Source: a virus (taxonomy: Duplodnaviria > Caudoviricetes). From it: DNA of 64,000 nucleotides. Every line of letters begins with the position of its first letter. Within the stretch, counting starts at the first letter, position 1. This document shows, in pieces, positions 1 to 9,597 of the stretch. Under the pieces are notes generated by a model, which did no database searches, was not told where the DNA came from, and saw nothing but the letters and a program-made list of their open reading frames with translations. The stretch spans positions 1 to 64,000 of IMG/VR virus record IMGVR_UViG_3300044475_000035; one strand, 5' to 3'. Made by a program: the position numbers and the translations under genes.

Positions 1-186
1 ACTAACGAAATAACCTTAAACAAGACTTTACGTTGTATTCATTGTGGTTCAGATGATATTTTTCCTATGGAAGCTAAAACATTTACAGCGGTTAGTAGTT
101 TTGATTTATATCGTTGCGCTAACGAAGGTTGTAGAGGGATTAGTCGTATTACTAAAGGTGGTAAATCTTTAACAGGAGTTATCTGA
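1..186 (+). CDS. 3' end of a gene with a C-terminal Zn-ribbon, likely an RNase H-like (YprB/PolB exo-type) exonuclease; partial
   Basis: Frame 1 reads ...RCIHCGSDDIFPMEAKTFTAVSSFDLYRCANEGCRGISR...* (CxxCGS...YRC...C..SR), typical of the C-terminus of this phage exonuclease family. Confidence 0.5.
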   Translation, partial: TNEITLNKTLRCIHCGSDDIFPMEAKTFTAVSSFDLYRCANEGCRGISRITKGGKSLTGVI

Positions 187-336
187 TTAATTAATCTACA
201 AAACAAAGGCAATAATGATTGATAGTTATGTTTAGTTAGTTTATACTAAAGCTTCAACAGTGATAAATTAGTGCGCACATGTTTGTGCATATAGACATAA
301 CTTTCAACATGTTTTAGATAAGGTAAGGAGTAAGAT

Positions 337-786
337 ATGAAATATCCAATTGGTACAAAAGTTAGAGTTGTTAGTTTGCCATATTCGTTAATTGAAGAAG
401 AAGCTCCGATTGGCAGTGAAGGAGTCGTTATTGGTATTGGGCACAATCCAGAGTATAAGGTAGAAAGTCCAAATTTTAAATATCGAGGAAAAACTGAAAC
501 TTGGCGTTTTCACGAAGAAAATTTAGAACCTGTTGAAGAAGTTATAATGGAAAAATTGGTAAATGATACTGTAAACAAACCTAGTCATTATACAAACAGC
601 TCAATTGAATGTATTGATGCTATGAAAGCTTCCTTATCTCCTGAAGAGTTCAAAGGTTTCTGTAAAGGAAATGCTTTTAAATATTTATGGAGAACAAACC
701 ATAAAAACGGCTTAGAAGATTTAAAGAAAGCTCAGTGGTATTTGAATAAATTAATTACCACAATCGAAGAAGAGGGAACTTTATGA
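337..786 (+). CDS. DUF3310 (T7 gp1.7 nucleotide kinase-like) domain protein with an N-terminal SH3-like segment
   Basis: Motif VNKPSHY...IECIDA...GFCKGNAFKYLWR...KNGLEDLKKAQWYL; RBS AAGGAG. Confidence 0.8.
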   Translation: MKYPIGTKVRVVSLPYSLIEEEAPIGSEGVVIGIGHNPEYKVESPNFKYRGKTETWRFHEENLEPVEEVIMEKLVNDTVNKPSHYTNSSIECIDAMKASLSPEEFKGFCKGNAFKYLWRTNHKNGLEDLKKAQWYLNKLITTIEEEGTL

Positions 787-1145
787 AAGTAGTATGTACA
801 TATACATTACATGAATTACAGAGATTAACACCATCTCTACGGAAAGAACATTTTAGTTCAACATGTCCTAAAGTTAAAGAAGCTTTGAAGAAGCTGTTTT
901 GGAACTTAGGTTGTACGATTGAAGATAAGTTTGATATTGTTGAAGGTGTTACAACATTGAATAGGTTTGGTGAAGAAGATAATAGTATTCGTATTAATGT
1001 CGTAGAGCGAGACGATTTGTCGTGGAAGTCAACAAAATATGCATCACATCAAGTTAAGATAGCAACAGACGATGTAACATTAATGAAGCAGATTGATGGT
1101 ATTGCTAACCAAAGATCATATGAAGCAAGTTCAGAAGTTAATTAA
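783..1145 (+). CDS. hypothetical protein
   Basis: 120-aa ORF with ATGA overlap to the upstream gene. Confidence 0.7.
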   Translation: MKVVCTYTLHELQRLTPSLRKEHFSSTCPKVKEALKKLFWNLGCTIEDKFDIVEGVTTLNRFGEEDNSIRINVVERDDLSWKSTKYASHQVKIATDDVTLMKQIDGIANQRSYEASSEVN

Positions 1146-1162
1146 ATTAGAAAGGAATTTAA

Positions 1163-2188
1163 ATGCAAACAAGTGATTTACAAACAGAGACAAGTAGTTT
1201 TGTTGACCGTTACCCTCAATTTATTGAAGCCATTGTTAAACAAAAAGAAGATTTGTTTTGGACAGAAAAGGAAATTGATCTGACTAAAGATAAACACGAT
1301 CTTAGAAAGAAACTAACACCAGCACAACGACATGCTGTATCTTTTAACCAAAGACTATTTACTAAATATGAAAGCGTAATTGGTGTAGATTATTGGGCGA
1401 ATATTGTTTTAAAGCGTTATAAACGACACGAAATTCAACGTATGGCTGTATGTTTCTCTGATGTTGAAATGAACATTCACTTTCCATTCTATCGTAAAGT
1501 AAACGAAGTGTTAGGTGTTCATAATGATGAATTTTATTCTTTGTTTGAGACAGACCCTTTGTTAATTGAACGTGTTAAGTTTATGCACGAGCTAGTTGGT
1601 GACAAAGATTCTTTAGCTTCAATGGGTGGGTTTGCTTTTATGGAAGGTGCTGTATTGTTTACCGCTTTCGCTATGATCAAATCACTTGGTATCAAAGGTC
1701 AAAACTACATGCCTAACCTGATTGCAGGTATTGATATGTCAGTGCTAGATGAATCTCATCATTTTGAGATGTCAGCAGAAATCTTTAAGTTACAAAAGAA
1801 GCAAGAAAAACGTAATAAAACAGAGTTAGCAGAGTTAGAAGATAAAATCTATGATCATGCTCGTAATGTTTTAGAACATGAAAAGTTAATCATTAAAGCT
1901 ATGTTGAGTGAAGGTGATATTCCTTTTGCTAGTTACGATGACTTGGTTGGGTTTGCTTCACACCGTTGTAACTTGGTTTTACAAGGTTTAGGGTATGCAC
2001 CTATATTTGATGAAAGTGCAGACTCAATTAGTGAATGGTTTTATTCTTCTATGAACTCCTTCAAGTTTAATGACAACTTCCACACTCGTGGACGTAACTA
2101 CAAGAAAGAGTTTAGTGCAAAAGATTTTGACATCTTTACAGATGGAAGTTTTAAAGAAGTATTACAGAAAGTAGAGGAAAGTGTTTAA
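1163..2188 (+). CDS. nrdB: ribonucleotide reductase class Ia beta subunit
   Basis: FWTEKEIDL..D, ExxH (EMNIH), EGAVLF, DESHH di-iron motifs; C-terminal DNF...RxxxY. Confidence 0.93.
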   Translation: MQTSDLQTETSSFVDRYPQFIEAIVKQKEDLFWTEKEIDLTKDKHDLRKKLTPAQRHAVSFNQRLFTKYESVIGVDYWANIVLKRYKRHEIQRMAVCFSDVEMNIHFPFYRKVNEVLGVHNDEFYSLFETDPLLIERVKFMHELVGDKDSLASMGGFAFMEGAVLFTAFAMIKSLGIKGQNYMPNLIAGIDMSVLDESHHFEMSAEIFKLQKKQEKRNKTELAELEDKIYDHARNVLEHEKLIIKAMLSEGDIPFASYDDLVGFASHRCNLVLQGLGYAPIFDESADSISEWFYSSMNSFKFNDNFHTRGRNYKKEFSAKDFDIFTDGSFKEVLQKVEESV

Positions 2189-3936
2189 TGAGTAAGGTTC
2201 GTAATTTTTCAAAAGAACGTAAAGATTTGCAAGCAAAAGGTTTGTGTCCTGATTGGATGACTACACAAGGTTATCAGTTACTAGCAACAAAGTATATTAA
2301 TGGTGACAGTAAGAATCCTAAAGATCAATATCAACGTATTGCTAAAACACTAGCTCAATATGTCGGTGACAACTACCCTGAGTGGTGGAATGATATTGAA
2401 TATTGGAAAGGTAAGACTTGGGAAGAAGCATTCTTTTCTGTGCTGTGGGATGGTTTCTTATCGCCATCTACCCCTGTACTTTCAAACACAGGAACAGATT
2501 TAGGTCAATCTGTAAGTTGTTCAGGGGCTTATGTTGGAGATAGTGTATATGACTTCTATGAAAGTCGTTTACAGAATGCTTTACTTAGCAAGGAAGGTTT
2601 TGGTACTTCTGCTTATTTAGGTGACATCCGACCTCGTGGCAGTACAATGAAAGGTGGTGAGGCATCGGGGGCACAACCTGTCGCTGAGATGTTTGTTGAT
2701 GACAGTAAGAAGATTTCACAGGGTAGTGCGAGACGTGGAGCGACTGCATGGTATTATCCTATTGATGGTGGAGACTTCTACGAGCTTGTACATTATTTAG
2801 AAACAGATACAGATGGTAATAACGGTGGTTGGTGTTTAACAGATAAGTTTAAAGAGCGTTTAGAGAGTGGTGATAAAGATGCTATCAAACGTTGGGGAGA
2901 GATGTTAAGTTGTAAGACCTCTGTTGGTAGTGGTTATCAATTCTTTGTTGATAAAGCCATGCGTCAGCGACCCCAAGCTTATATCAACAACAACTTAGAT
3001 GTTAAAGCTAGTCAACTTTGTACGGAAATAACATTGTTTTCTGATCAACAACATACATATACGTGTGTGTTAGGTAGTGAGAACTTAAGATTTTGGTATT
3101 CTCGTCCCCCTATGTTGTCCTTCATTAATACAGTATTCTTAGATTGTGTGTGTGAAGACTTTTTACAGAAAGCAAAAGATTTAAAAGGTATTGAAAAGGC
3201 TATACGTTTTACAGAAAAAGGTCGCGCTCTAGGTTTAGGTGCAATGGCGTTCCACACATTACTTCTTGATAACAATATTGTTTATGGAAGTATGGAGAGT
3301 AAGCTACTCAATCATGACATCTTTCAAACTGTACAAGAAGAAGCTGTAGAAGGTTCTAAATGGTTAGCTAAGAAATTTGGTGAACCTGAGTGGTGTAAAG
3401 GTACAGGAATGCGTAATACACACCTGACGGCTATAGCACCAAATAAATCGACAGCTTTGATTTTAGGTGGTGTTAGTGAAGGGATTAACCCTCAACCTGC
3501 TTTTGTATTTACACAATCTACACCATCAGGAGAGGTTGTGCGTATTGACCCATCTTTCTTGACCCTACTTAAACGTAAAGGTTTGTATGTTGATGAAGAT
3601 GACTTAGAAACTAAGAAGTTATTGAGTGATATTAATGGTCACAAAGGTAGCATTCAACATCGACCTGAATTTACAGAAGATGAGAAAGCTGTTTTCCGCA
3701 CAGCGTTTGAGAGTAGTCCTTACGATCACATTGATCTGGTTGATTACCGACAACAGTTTATTTGTCAGGCACAGAGTTGTAATTTGTTTATGGCAAACGC
3801 AACAGGTAAAGAGGTTAGTAAAGTGTACTTCTACGCTTACGCTAAACCTAACATTGTTAGTTTGTACTACCATACAGGGCTACGTGATGTGAGTATTAAG
3901 ACAAGTTTTGAACCTGTGTGTAGTAGTTGTGAGTAA
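2188..3936 (+). CDS. nrdA: ribonucleotide reductase class Ia alpha subunit, short form with no ATP-cone
   Basis: SPSTPVLSN, VSC, RRGA, SQLCTEI, AIAPNKST, SLYY, C-terminal CSSCE. Confidence 0.93.
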   Translation: MSKVRNFSKERKDLQAKGLCPDWMTTQGYQLLATKYINGDSKNPKDQYQRIAKTLAQYVGDNYPEWWNDIEYWKGKTWEEAFFSVLWDGFLSPSTPVLSNTGTDLGQSVSCSGAYVGDSVYDFYESRLQNALLSKEGFGTSAYLGDIRPRGSTMKGGEASGAQPVAEMFVDDSKKISQGSARRGATAWYYPIDGGDFYELVHYLETDTDGNNGGWCLTDKFKERLESGDKDAIKRWGEMLSCKTSVGSGYQFFVDKAMRQRPQAYINNNLDVKASQLCTEITLFSDQQHTYTCVLGSENLRFWYSRPPMLSFINTVFLDCVCEDFLQKAKDLKGIEKAIRFTEKGRALGLGAMAFHTLLLDNNIVYGSMESKLLNHDIFQTVQEEAVEGSKWLAKKFGEPEWCKGTGMRNTHLTAIAPNKSTALILGGVSEGINPQPAFVFTQSTPSGEVVRIDPSFLTLLKRKGLYVDEDDLETKKLLSDINGHKGSIQHRPEFTEDEKAVFRTAFESSPYDHIDLVDYRQQFICQAQSCNLFMANATGKEVSKVYFYAYAKPNIVSLYYHTGLRDVSIKTSFEPVCSSCE

Positions 3937-3945
3937 GGAGGGTAA

Positions 3946-4581
3946 ATGAGATCAGCAGAAGAATTGTTAGAATTATTTCATAAAGTGCATTTTGGTAAGT
4001 ATGAGTACCCTGACTTCTCTGCTTGCCTATCTAACGACAGAATTGTTATTCGTTGTAGAGAACATGGTGAGTGGACGCAAAGACTTAGTAAACACCTAGA
4101 GGGTCAAGGTTGTAAGAAATGTGCAGGAAGAAATAGTTCAACTAAATGGGAAAACCCAACAGGATTCAGGGACGAGCAAGGTGTTCAGGTACAATACAGA
4201 GAGTACACTATCTGGCGAGCGATGTTACAAAGGTCAAAACCTGCATATTGGGAAAAGCATAAGCACTACACTGATACTAAGGTGTCGGAGAATTTTCGAT
4301 CTTGGGACTACTTCAAACGTTGGTGGGATGCTCAGTTTAATTCTAACTTCTTAGATGAACATGGTAAACCTTTTGAATTGGATAAAGATATACTCTCTTG
4401 CGAAGGTAAACTCTATTCAGAAGATACTTGTTGTTTTATACCTAGAAGACTAAACGAAGCGTTAGGAAACAAACAGTACGAGTATATTAGAACCAATTTA
4501 AGCAGGTTTGAGAGTGTTGTTTCAGCTAACGTCTTATCAAATCTAAAAATGTTATTAGGAGAACAAAATGGTAAAGTTTAA
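3946..4581 (+). CDS. HNH homing endonuclease with an N-terminal DUF723-like Zn domain
   Basis: CREHGEWTQ..HLEGQGCKKC; YTIWRAMLQR, ELDKDIL, YSEDTCCFIP..LN. Confidence 0.85.
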   Translation: MRSAEELLELFHKVHFGKYEYPDFSACLSNDRIVIRCREHGEWTQRLSKHLEGQGCKKCAGRNSSTKWENPTGFRDEQGVQVQYREYTIWRAMLQRSKPAYWEKHKHYTDTKVSENFRSWDYFKRWWDAQFNSNFLDEHGKPFELDKDILSCEGKLYSEDTCCFIPRRLNEALGNKQYEYIRTNLSRFESVVSANVLSNLKMLLGEQNGKV

Positions 4582-4816
4582 AATCTATGGTAAAACAAAT
4601 TGTTCTAGTTGTATTTCAGCTAAACAACTTTTAGAACAAAAAGGTAAACCTTTTGAGTATTTAGTTTTTGGTAAGGATTTTGATTTAGGTAAGTTCACTT
4701 CTTTTAACAAGAGTCACAAATCCTTTCCGTTGATTACTGTAATAGAGGATGAGACAGAAAACTATCTTGGTAGTTTAAATACACTACAACAACTCCTAAA
4801 CGGTGACAACTTATAA
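4568..4816 (+). CDS. glutaredoxin (NrdC/NrdH-like)
   Basis: IYGKTNCSSC redox motif, SFP cis-proline, adjacent to RNR. Confidence 0.85.
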   Translation: MVKFKIYGKTNCSSCISAKQLLEQKGKPFEYLVFGKDFDLGKFTSFNKSHKSFPLITVIEDETENYLGSLNTLQQLLNGDNL

Positions 4817-4835
4817 CGTAGGTGTTATCACAAAC

Positions 4836-4865
4836 AAGAGAATGACTTCGGTTGTTCTCTTTTTA
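4836..4865 (+). terminator. intrinsic terminator
   Basis: AAGAGAATGAC-TTCG-GTTGTTCTCTT followed by a T tract. Confidence 0.85.
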
Positions 4866-4892
4866 TTTATCTAAATTATTTGAAACTTTGTA

Positions 4893-4921
4893 TTGACAAC
4901 TTACAGCAACAACTTTATGAT
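4893..4921 (+). promoter_or_regulatory. sigma70-like promoter
   Basis: TTGACA followed ~17 nt later by TATGAT, just after the terminator. Confidence 0.75.
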
Positions 4922-4949
4922 TACTTCATTACGAACAAGGAGACATAAA

Positions 4950-5312
4950 ATGTCAAAACAATATTTAGAAGTGCTTGGTACAGATTCTTTTGATAAACTG
5001 GTTAACTGGTTAAATGACTTTGGTATCCAAACAGAATTAGTTAATAAGTGCGAAGTTTCAGGTTATTCACGAACAATTCAGTTTGTACTTGATGAACAAA
5101 CATATCAGATTGTTTGGTTTAATAATGAGAGTAAATTGAAAATTGGTACAAACAACAGAAGTCCTTTTGTAAACTTCAAATATATTTACTTAGATACCAC
5201 ATATCCGTTAGTCGGTGGTAATCAATCACTAGGTTTTTCTTTTGCTAAAAAAGAATGTGTTGGTATGTTCGATCAACCTTTCTTATATCAAGACTTCCGT
5301 ATTCCGATTTAA
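4950..5312 (+). CDS. hypothetical protein (start corrected to the ATG at 4950)
   Basis: RBS AAGGAGA before ATG 4950; the track's TTG start lies inside the promoter. Confidence 0.7.
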   Translation: MSKQYLEVLGTDSFDKLVNWLNDFGIQTELVNKCEVSGYSRTIQFVLDEQTYQIVWFNNESKLKIGTNNRSPFVNFKYIYLDTTYPLVGGNQSLGFSFAKKECVGMFDQPFLYQDFRIPI

Positions 5313-5325
5313 GGAGGAGATTAAT

Positions 5326-5800
5326 ATGAAGACATACTTAGACCCTACCAATAACTACTGTTGTATTTTATCTCATTACAAACGTGATAAATCTTGGATT
5401 GAAATACCCGTAGGAACAGAAGTTTTAACGGGATTGAAAATTGACAAATATTCTTTAGTGTTTTGGAAACCAAGTGTGGGTGAAGTATGGGCTAATGGTA
5501 GGTTTGCTAAATACGCTGTTCAGGATTCTGTGTCGTTTGAGGAATACACTGATAGATGGGTAACTAATCCTGTGTTGTGGAGAAAAGATAGTGTTTGATA
5601 CTAAACAAACAAAAGAGTTAATGAATATTACATACGAACTTCATACTCTAAACGTACAACATAAGTCTTTAGCTCTTGCAGAGAAAGTATTTGTTTTAGA
5701 TAAAGATGAAATGCTTGCTAAAAGATTGAAAATAGAAGAAGATATTCATGCTGTATTGGTTAAGCTTGAAGATGCTCTTATAGGAGAACGTAATGCGTAA
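5326..5800 (+). other. two small hypothetical CDS (~5326-5598 and 5591-5800)
   Basis: RBS AGGAGGAG; overlapping, translationally coupled ORFs. Confidence 0.65.
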
Positions 5801-6113
5801 ATTTAGTTTTAAGTTAGTTACATATGAATTAAGAGTTACTCATATATTAGATGCTAATAACAAGCAAGCTTTAAAAGCTAATCTAATCTTCTTAGCGACA
5901 GGGGATGCTGTAAAGGGTTTTACTGCTTTTAATGAACACAACTTATGTTATCAAGTACATCAAGAGATTCTATGCTATCAAGAGAATAAGTGTGACAGTG
6001 CTTTACTACTCTATGCTGTAGAAGCAATGAGAGACTATTTAAGTCATTACTTTAGTCAATTAGAGTTTAAAGATATTGTACCAAGTATTGAGTTATTAGG
6101 AGAAGAGGTTTGA
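5793..6113 (+). CDS. hypothetical protein, paralog of 6110-6376
   Basis: LCYQVHQEIL...LYAVEAMRDYL resembles LCFMTHQEML...LHAVERMRDEL. Confidence 0.7.
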   Translation: MRKFSFKLVTYELRVTHILDANNKQALKANLIFLATGDAVKGFTAFNEHNLCYQVHQEILCYQENKCDSALLLYAVEAMRDYLSHYFSQLEFKDIVPSIELLGEEV

Positions 6114-6376
6114 AAGAATTTGATTTATTAGATTATAGAGCAGAAGTATTTTATAAGAGTGAACAGCACTACCCTTTTACTGTATCTCTATTGGATAAGG
6201 TAACAGAGAAAGAAGCCCATTTAGGGAACTATGTCACTATTGACCAACTATGCTTTATGACACATCAAGAGATGTTGTTACATGACTTTCATTCTCTTAA
6301 CCCTATGCAGACGTTACATGCTGTAGAAAGAATGAGAGATGAGTTAGATTTGTGGATGGATATATTGGGAGAGTAA
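6110..6376 (+). CDS. hypothetical protein, paralog of 5793-6113
   Basis: Shared motifs with the upstream gene; coupled start. Confidence 0.7.
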   Translation: MKEFDLLDYRAEVFYKSEQHYPFTVSLLDKVTEKEAHLGNYVTIDQLCFMTHQEMLLHDFHSLNPMQTLHAVERMRDELDLWMDILGE

Positions 6377-6377
6377 T

Positions 6378-6554
6378 ATGTGGATTATGATTGTAATGAG
6401 TAGTTATTTTGGTAAGTTTGCTTATAAAGCAACTACAGCAACACCAATTGAAATGACATATATTGAGTTTACAAGTAGAGAACGTTGTATAGCTGCTGCT
6501 ACCTTTACTAAGAAGCAACCAAAAGTATACAATGCTTTTTGCGTACAGAAGTAG
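6378..6554 (+). CDS. small phage protein, 58 aa (not in the ORF track)
   Basis: MWIMIVMSS...EFTSRERCIAAA...NAFCVQK; hydrophobic N-terminus plus two Cys; RBS GGAGAG. Confidence 0.65.
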   Translation: MWIMIVMSSYFGKFAYKATTATPIEMTYIEFTSRERCIAAATFTKKQPKVYNAFCVQK

Positions 6555-6579
6555 TGGTTTTAATTAAAGGATATTTAGT

Positions 6580-6831
6580 ATGTTAACAGCTAAAGTAGCT
6601 ACATTAAATGCAGGATATAAATCTGAACAAGAAGAGGTTGAAAAACTTGGATGGGTGCTTGGACAGGAGTTTGAAATTGATGGTATGAATATTGGATGTT
6701 CTTCCTCTGTAGTTAGAATTAAAGATATTGGTTGGTTCAACTCAGTGTTTTTTGAATTTCACAAAAATGGGAGTCCTTACAATATTTATCAACATTTTTT
6801 CAATAAATATAATTTTAATGAGGAGGGTTAG
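6580..6831 (+). CDS. hypothetical protein
   Basis: 83-aa ORF with RBS AAGGA. Confidence 0.7.
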   Translation: MLTAKVATLNAGYKSEQEEVEKLGWVLGQEFEIDGMNIGCSSSVVRIKDIGWFNSVFFEFHKNGSPYNIYQHFFNKYNFNEEG

Positions 6832-6924
6832 ATGTTGTTATTAATACAGTGGTTAATTAGTTATTTGATTGTTGTTTGTGGTAAGTTGTTTGGTAAATCA
6901 GATAATAGAGATAAGGACAAGTAG
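6832..6924 (+). CDS. 30-aa hydrophobic peptide, copy A (not in the ORF track)
   Basis: RBS GAGGAGG; MLLLIQWLISYLIVVCGKLFGKSDNRDKDK*; followed by a terminator. Confidence 0.6.
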   Translation: MLLLIQWLISYLIVVCGKLFGKSDNRDKDK

Positions 6925-6928
6925 AAAG

Positions 6929-6960
6929 AAGGGGATTACTTTAGAGTGGTCTCCTTTTAT
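6929..6960 (+). terminator. intrinsic terminator, followed by a TTGACA promoter at ~6975
   Basis: AAGGGGATTACT-TTAG-AGTGGTCTCCTT plus T tract; TTGACA-N17-TAACAT at 6975-7003. Confidence 0.75.
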
Positions 6961-7030
6961 TTTATATAATGCACTTGACAGACATATCAAGACTCAGTAA
7001 CATGCGTTAAATAATCAATAGGAGATTAAA

Positions 7031-7876
7031 ATGTTAATACTAATAGCACTTGTTGTTCTTGTAATTGTCCTTATATGCGTAGCTGTAAATAAGGATAGTA
7101 AGAGTGATAACACTATACAACAACTTAAAGACAGAAAAGCACAACAACCCTTATCTACTTATGATAGGTTGGTTGAAAAGGAGAAAGAGTTGACAGATAC
7201 AAAAACAAGTTTCCTCTTTAAAGATATGGAGTTTGATCTTTGTTTATTTAAACATAGTAGACGATTTCTAATACAAAGTTACTGTGTTTTTGTGAGGTCT
7301 CCTCAGAACCTAGTGGGGGCTTACTCTTACCATTTGGATGACTTCTATGCTGACGGTAACCACGACCATGAAAGATTTGTTGAAGATTTTATTAAAGAAG
7401 CTGTACCTGTTGAAAACAGTAGGAAAACCCTAAAAGGTTTGTTAGGGGAAAACGATCATACAATGTGTGAACAATGGTTACAAATTGGAAGTGGTGAATA
7501 TTTCACTAACACCAATTGGAAGATATTCCGTTTTTCGGATTGGGAGTCTATAACAAACCCAAGAGAAATTTTAAAACTAATACAAGGTGTGGAGATCAAA
7601 CGCTGTGAAGACCCTCATAAAACTCATTGGCAGCATTTCTTAGAATTAAAGATGAAAGCTAAGAAACAACGTGAAGAAGATTGTGTTAAGTTTGTTGATA
7701 AGATTTTAGATAAACAAAAAGAGTATAATGATTTACAATACAAGTACGAGATGTTACCTTCTGCTCCAATCTCAGACTACGAAAGTTTTACTAACTTCTG
7801 TAAGATAGTAAAAGAAGATGTTTGTTATGAAGATCATGAGATTCAGAACTACATCTTTATGAAGAAACTTAAATAG
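7031..7876 (+). CDS. membrane-anchored hypothetical protein in a stand-alone transcription unit
   Basis: N-terminal hydrophobic helix MLILIALVVLVIVLICVAV; own promoter and RBS AGGAGA. Confidence 0.75.
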   Translation: MLILIALVVLVIVLICVAVNKDSKSDNTIQQLKDRKAQQPLSTYDRLVEKEKELTDTKTSFLFKDMEFDLCLFKHSRRFLIQSYCVFVRSPQNLVGAYSYHLDDFYADGNHDHERFVEDFIKEAVPVENSRKTLKGLLGENDHTMCEQWLQIGSGEYFTNTNWKIFRFSDWESITNPREILKLIQGVEIKRCEDPHKTHWQHFLELKMKAKKQREEDCVKFVDKILDKQKEYNDLQYKYEMLPSAPISDYESFTNFCKIVKEDVCYEDHEIQNYIFMKKLK

Positions 7877-7925
7877 GATTTTTAACAAGAGCATATACAT
7901 CTATGTATATTATGAGGAGGTAAAG

Positions 7926-8000
7926 ATGTTTTTATTATTTGAATATTTAATGAATTGGTTTATCTTGGTACTAAATAAGTTCTTTAATAAGCCACCATAA
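7926..8000 (+). CDS. 24-aa hydrophobic peptide, copy B (not in the ORF track)
   Basis: RBS GAGGAGG; MFLLFEYLMNWFILVLNKFFNKPP*; terminator at ~8019-8053. Confidence 0.6.
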   Translation: MFLLFEYLMNWFILVLNKFFNKPP

Positions 8001-8298
8001 CGTAACACTGTAACACAATAGGGGTATTATCTGTTTAGGTAGTACCTCTTTTTATTTACTGAGATTAAGGGCAACACCAAAACATTAACACCACAACAGG
8101 TTAATATTTAGTATTAAACATGTTTATACACCAAAACAAGTTACAGATTTATAAATATTTACGATCAAGCGTGGATTTTATTTTGTAACTATATGATTTT
8201 ATTATCTATATTGGAGTTTTTCTTATAAATATGTAGGGGTTGTATTTCTATCTTTATGGTGTTAAACTCTGTATTAATAATGTAGATTAGGAAAGCAA

Positions 8299-9597
8299 AT
8301 GAATACTCAATTAACAAGAAACAAAGTGGTTGAAATAGTAGACTCATGTATGGGTTCTAGTAAAAGCACTAACACACTAAAGTATATGGACGACAATCCA
8401 CAACAAAGATATATTTATGTATCTCCTCTGCTATCAGAAGTAGATATAGATGGTCGTGTACCTAAAGCATTAAACAACATAGAAATATTTTCACCAACTG
8501 ATGCTAATGGTACTAAAGGTGATCATTTATTAGAATTAATCAAACAAGGTTGTAATGTTTGTTGTTCTCATTCTCTTTATTCTAGTTTAACAGACCAACA
8601 TTTTAATCAAATTGCTATAGGCAACTACATTGTAATTATTGATGAAGAAATCAATGTCATTGGTGGTTTTGATAACTATTCTGATAGTGATATTCAGTGG
8701 TTGATCGAAAAAGGTGATGTTTCTATATCTGATACGGATGGTATGGTGTCTTGGGTTGGTGATAAGAGTAAGATTACTAAAGATCACAAATACTATGAAT
8801 TTCTACGTTGTTGTGAATCTGGTGTTTTGTATTCATCTAAACGATCATCAACTATGATGGTAACACAACTACCTATCAGATTATTTGAATGTGCTAACAG
8901 AGTAATTATCCTAACATATTTGTTTGACAATAATATTCTTAACTCCTTTCTAAAACTTAAAGGTTTTGATGTTATACAGTGCAAAGATATTGTACCTAAC
9001 AAGGTTGACAAGAAAGAGTTTGTTAAACTATTAAACATTATCCCACCAACAAGAAAAGTTAAACAACATAAACTAACCTCTACTTGGTGGTCAGAAGCTA
9101 ATGGCGATATGATTAAAGAGGTTAAGAACTTTACTGAAACAACTTGCAGAAGTCTTGGTGTTAAAGGAGATGATGTACTATGGACAGTACCTAAAGACAG
9201 AGCTGTTAAACAAAACAATCATGGTAAGATTTTATTCAAACCAAGAGGTTTTATTATTGACAGTGAAGGTGGTTCTTGCTATCTTTCTTCTAATATTCGA
9301 GCAACAAATGAGTATGCACACAAGACAACTATGGTACATTTGATAAACAGATACCCTTTAGTTTGTGTTAATGCCTACTTACAAGACTTTGGTTGTAAAA
9401 TGAATCCTAATGTATTTGCTTTGTCAGAAATGCTACAATGGTTGTGGAGAGGTTGTATTCGTAATAAAGAACCAATGAATATTGTAATCGGTAGTGAAAG
9501 GATGTATTGGTTGTTTATGAATTGGTTAAATGCTTACGAGATTTCACCTAAACCTATTATTGGTAAAACGTATTTAAAAGGAAAAGATAATGACTAA
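8299..9597 (+). CDS. SF2 helicase-like P-loop protein, paralog 1 (possible origin-binding protein)
   Basis: Walker A-like DSCMGSSKS, YVSPLLSE, CSHSL, IIDEE, SEMLQWLWRGCIR; colinear with 52034-53311. Confidence 0.75.
   Translation: MNTQLTRNKVVEIVDSCMGSSKSTNTLKYMDDNPQQRYIYVSPLLSEVDIDGRVPKALNNIEIFSPTDANGTKGDHLLELIKQGCNVCCSHSLYSSLTDQHFNQIAIGNYIVIIDEEINVIGGFDNYSDSDIQWLIEKGDVSISDTDGMVSWVGDKSKITKDHKYYEFLRCCESGVLYSSKRSSTMMVTQLPIRLFECANRVIILTYLFDNNILNSFLKLKGFDVIQCKDIVPNKVDKKEFVKLLNIIPPTRKVKQHKLTSTWWSEANGDMIKEVKNFTETTCRSLGVKGDDVLWTVPKDRAVKQNNHGKILFKPRGFIIDSEGGSCYLSSNIRATNEYAHKTTMVHLINRYPLVCVNAYLQDFGCKMNPNVFALSEMLQWLWRGCIRNKEPMNIVIGSERMYWLFMNWLNAYEISPKPIIGKTYLKGKDND

Noticed and set aside
2188-3936. 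Intron or intein in nrdA or nrdB
   Set aside because: Both frames are continuous and of normal length; the HNH is free-standing downstream
8185-8200. IHF-like sites at ~8187, ~53372 and ~56654
   Set aside because: Each has a mismatch to YAANNNNTTGATW and lies in AT-rich DNA; not distinguishable from chance
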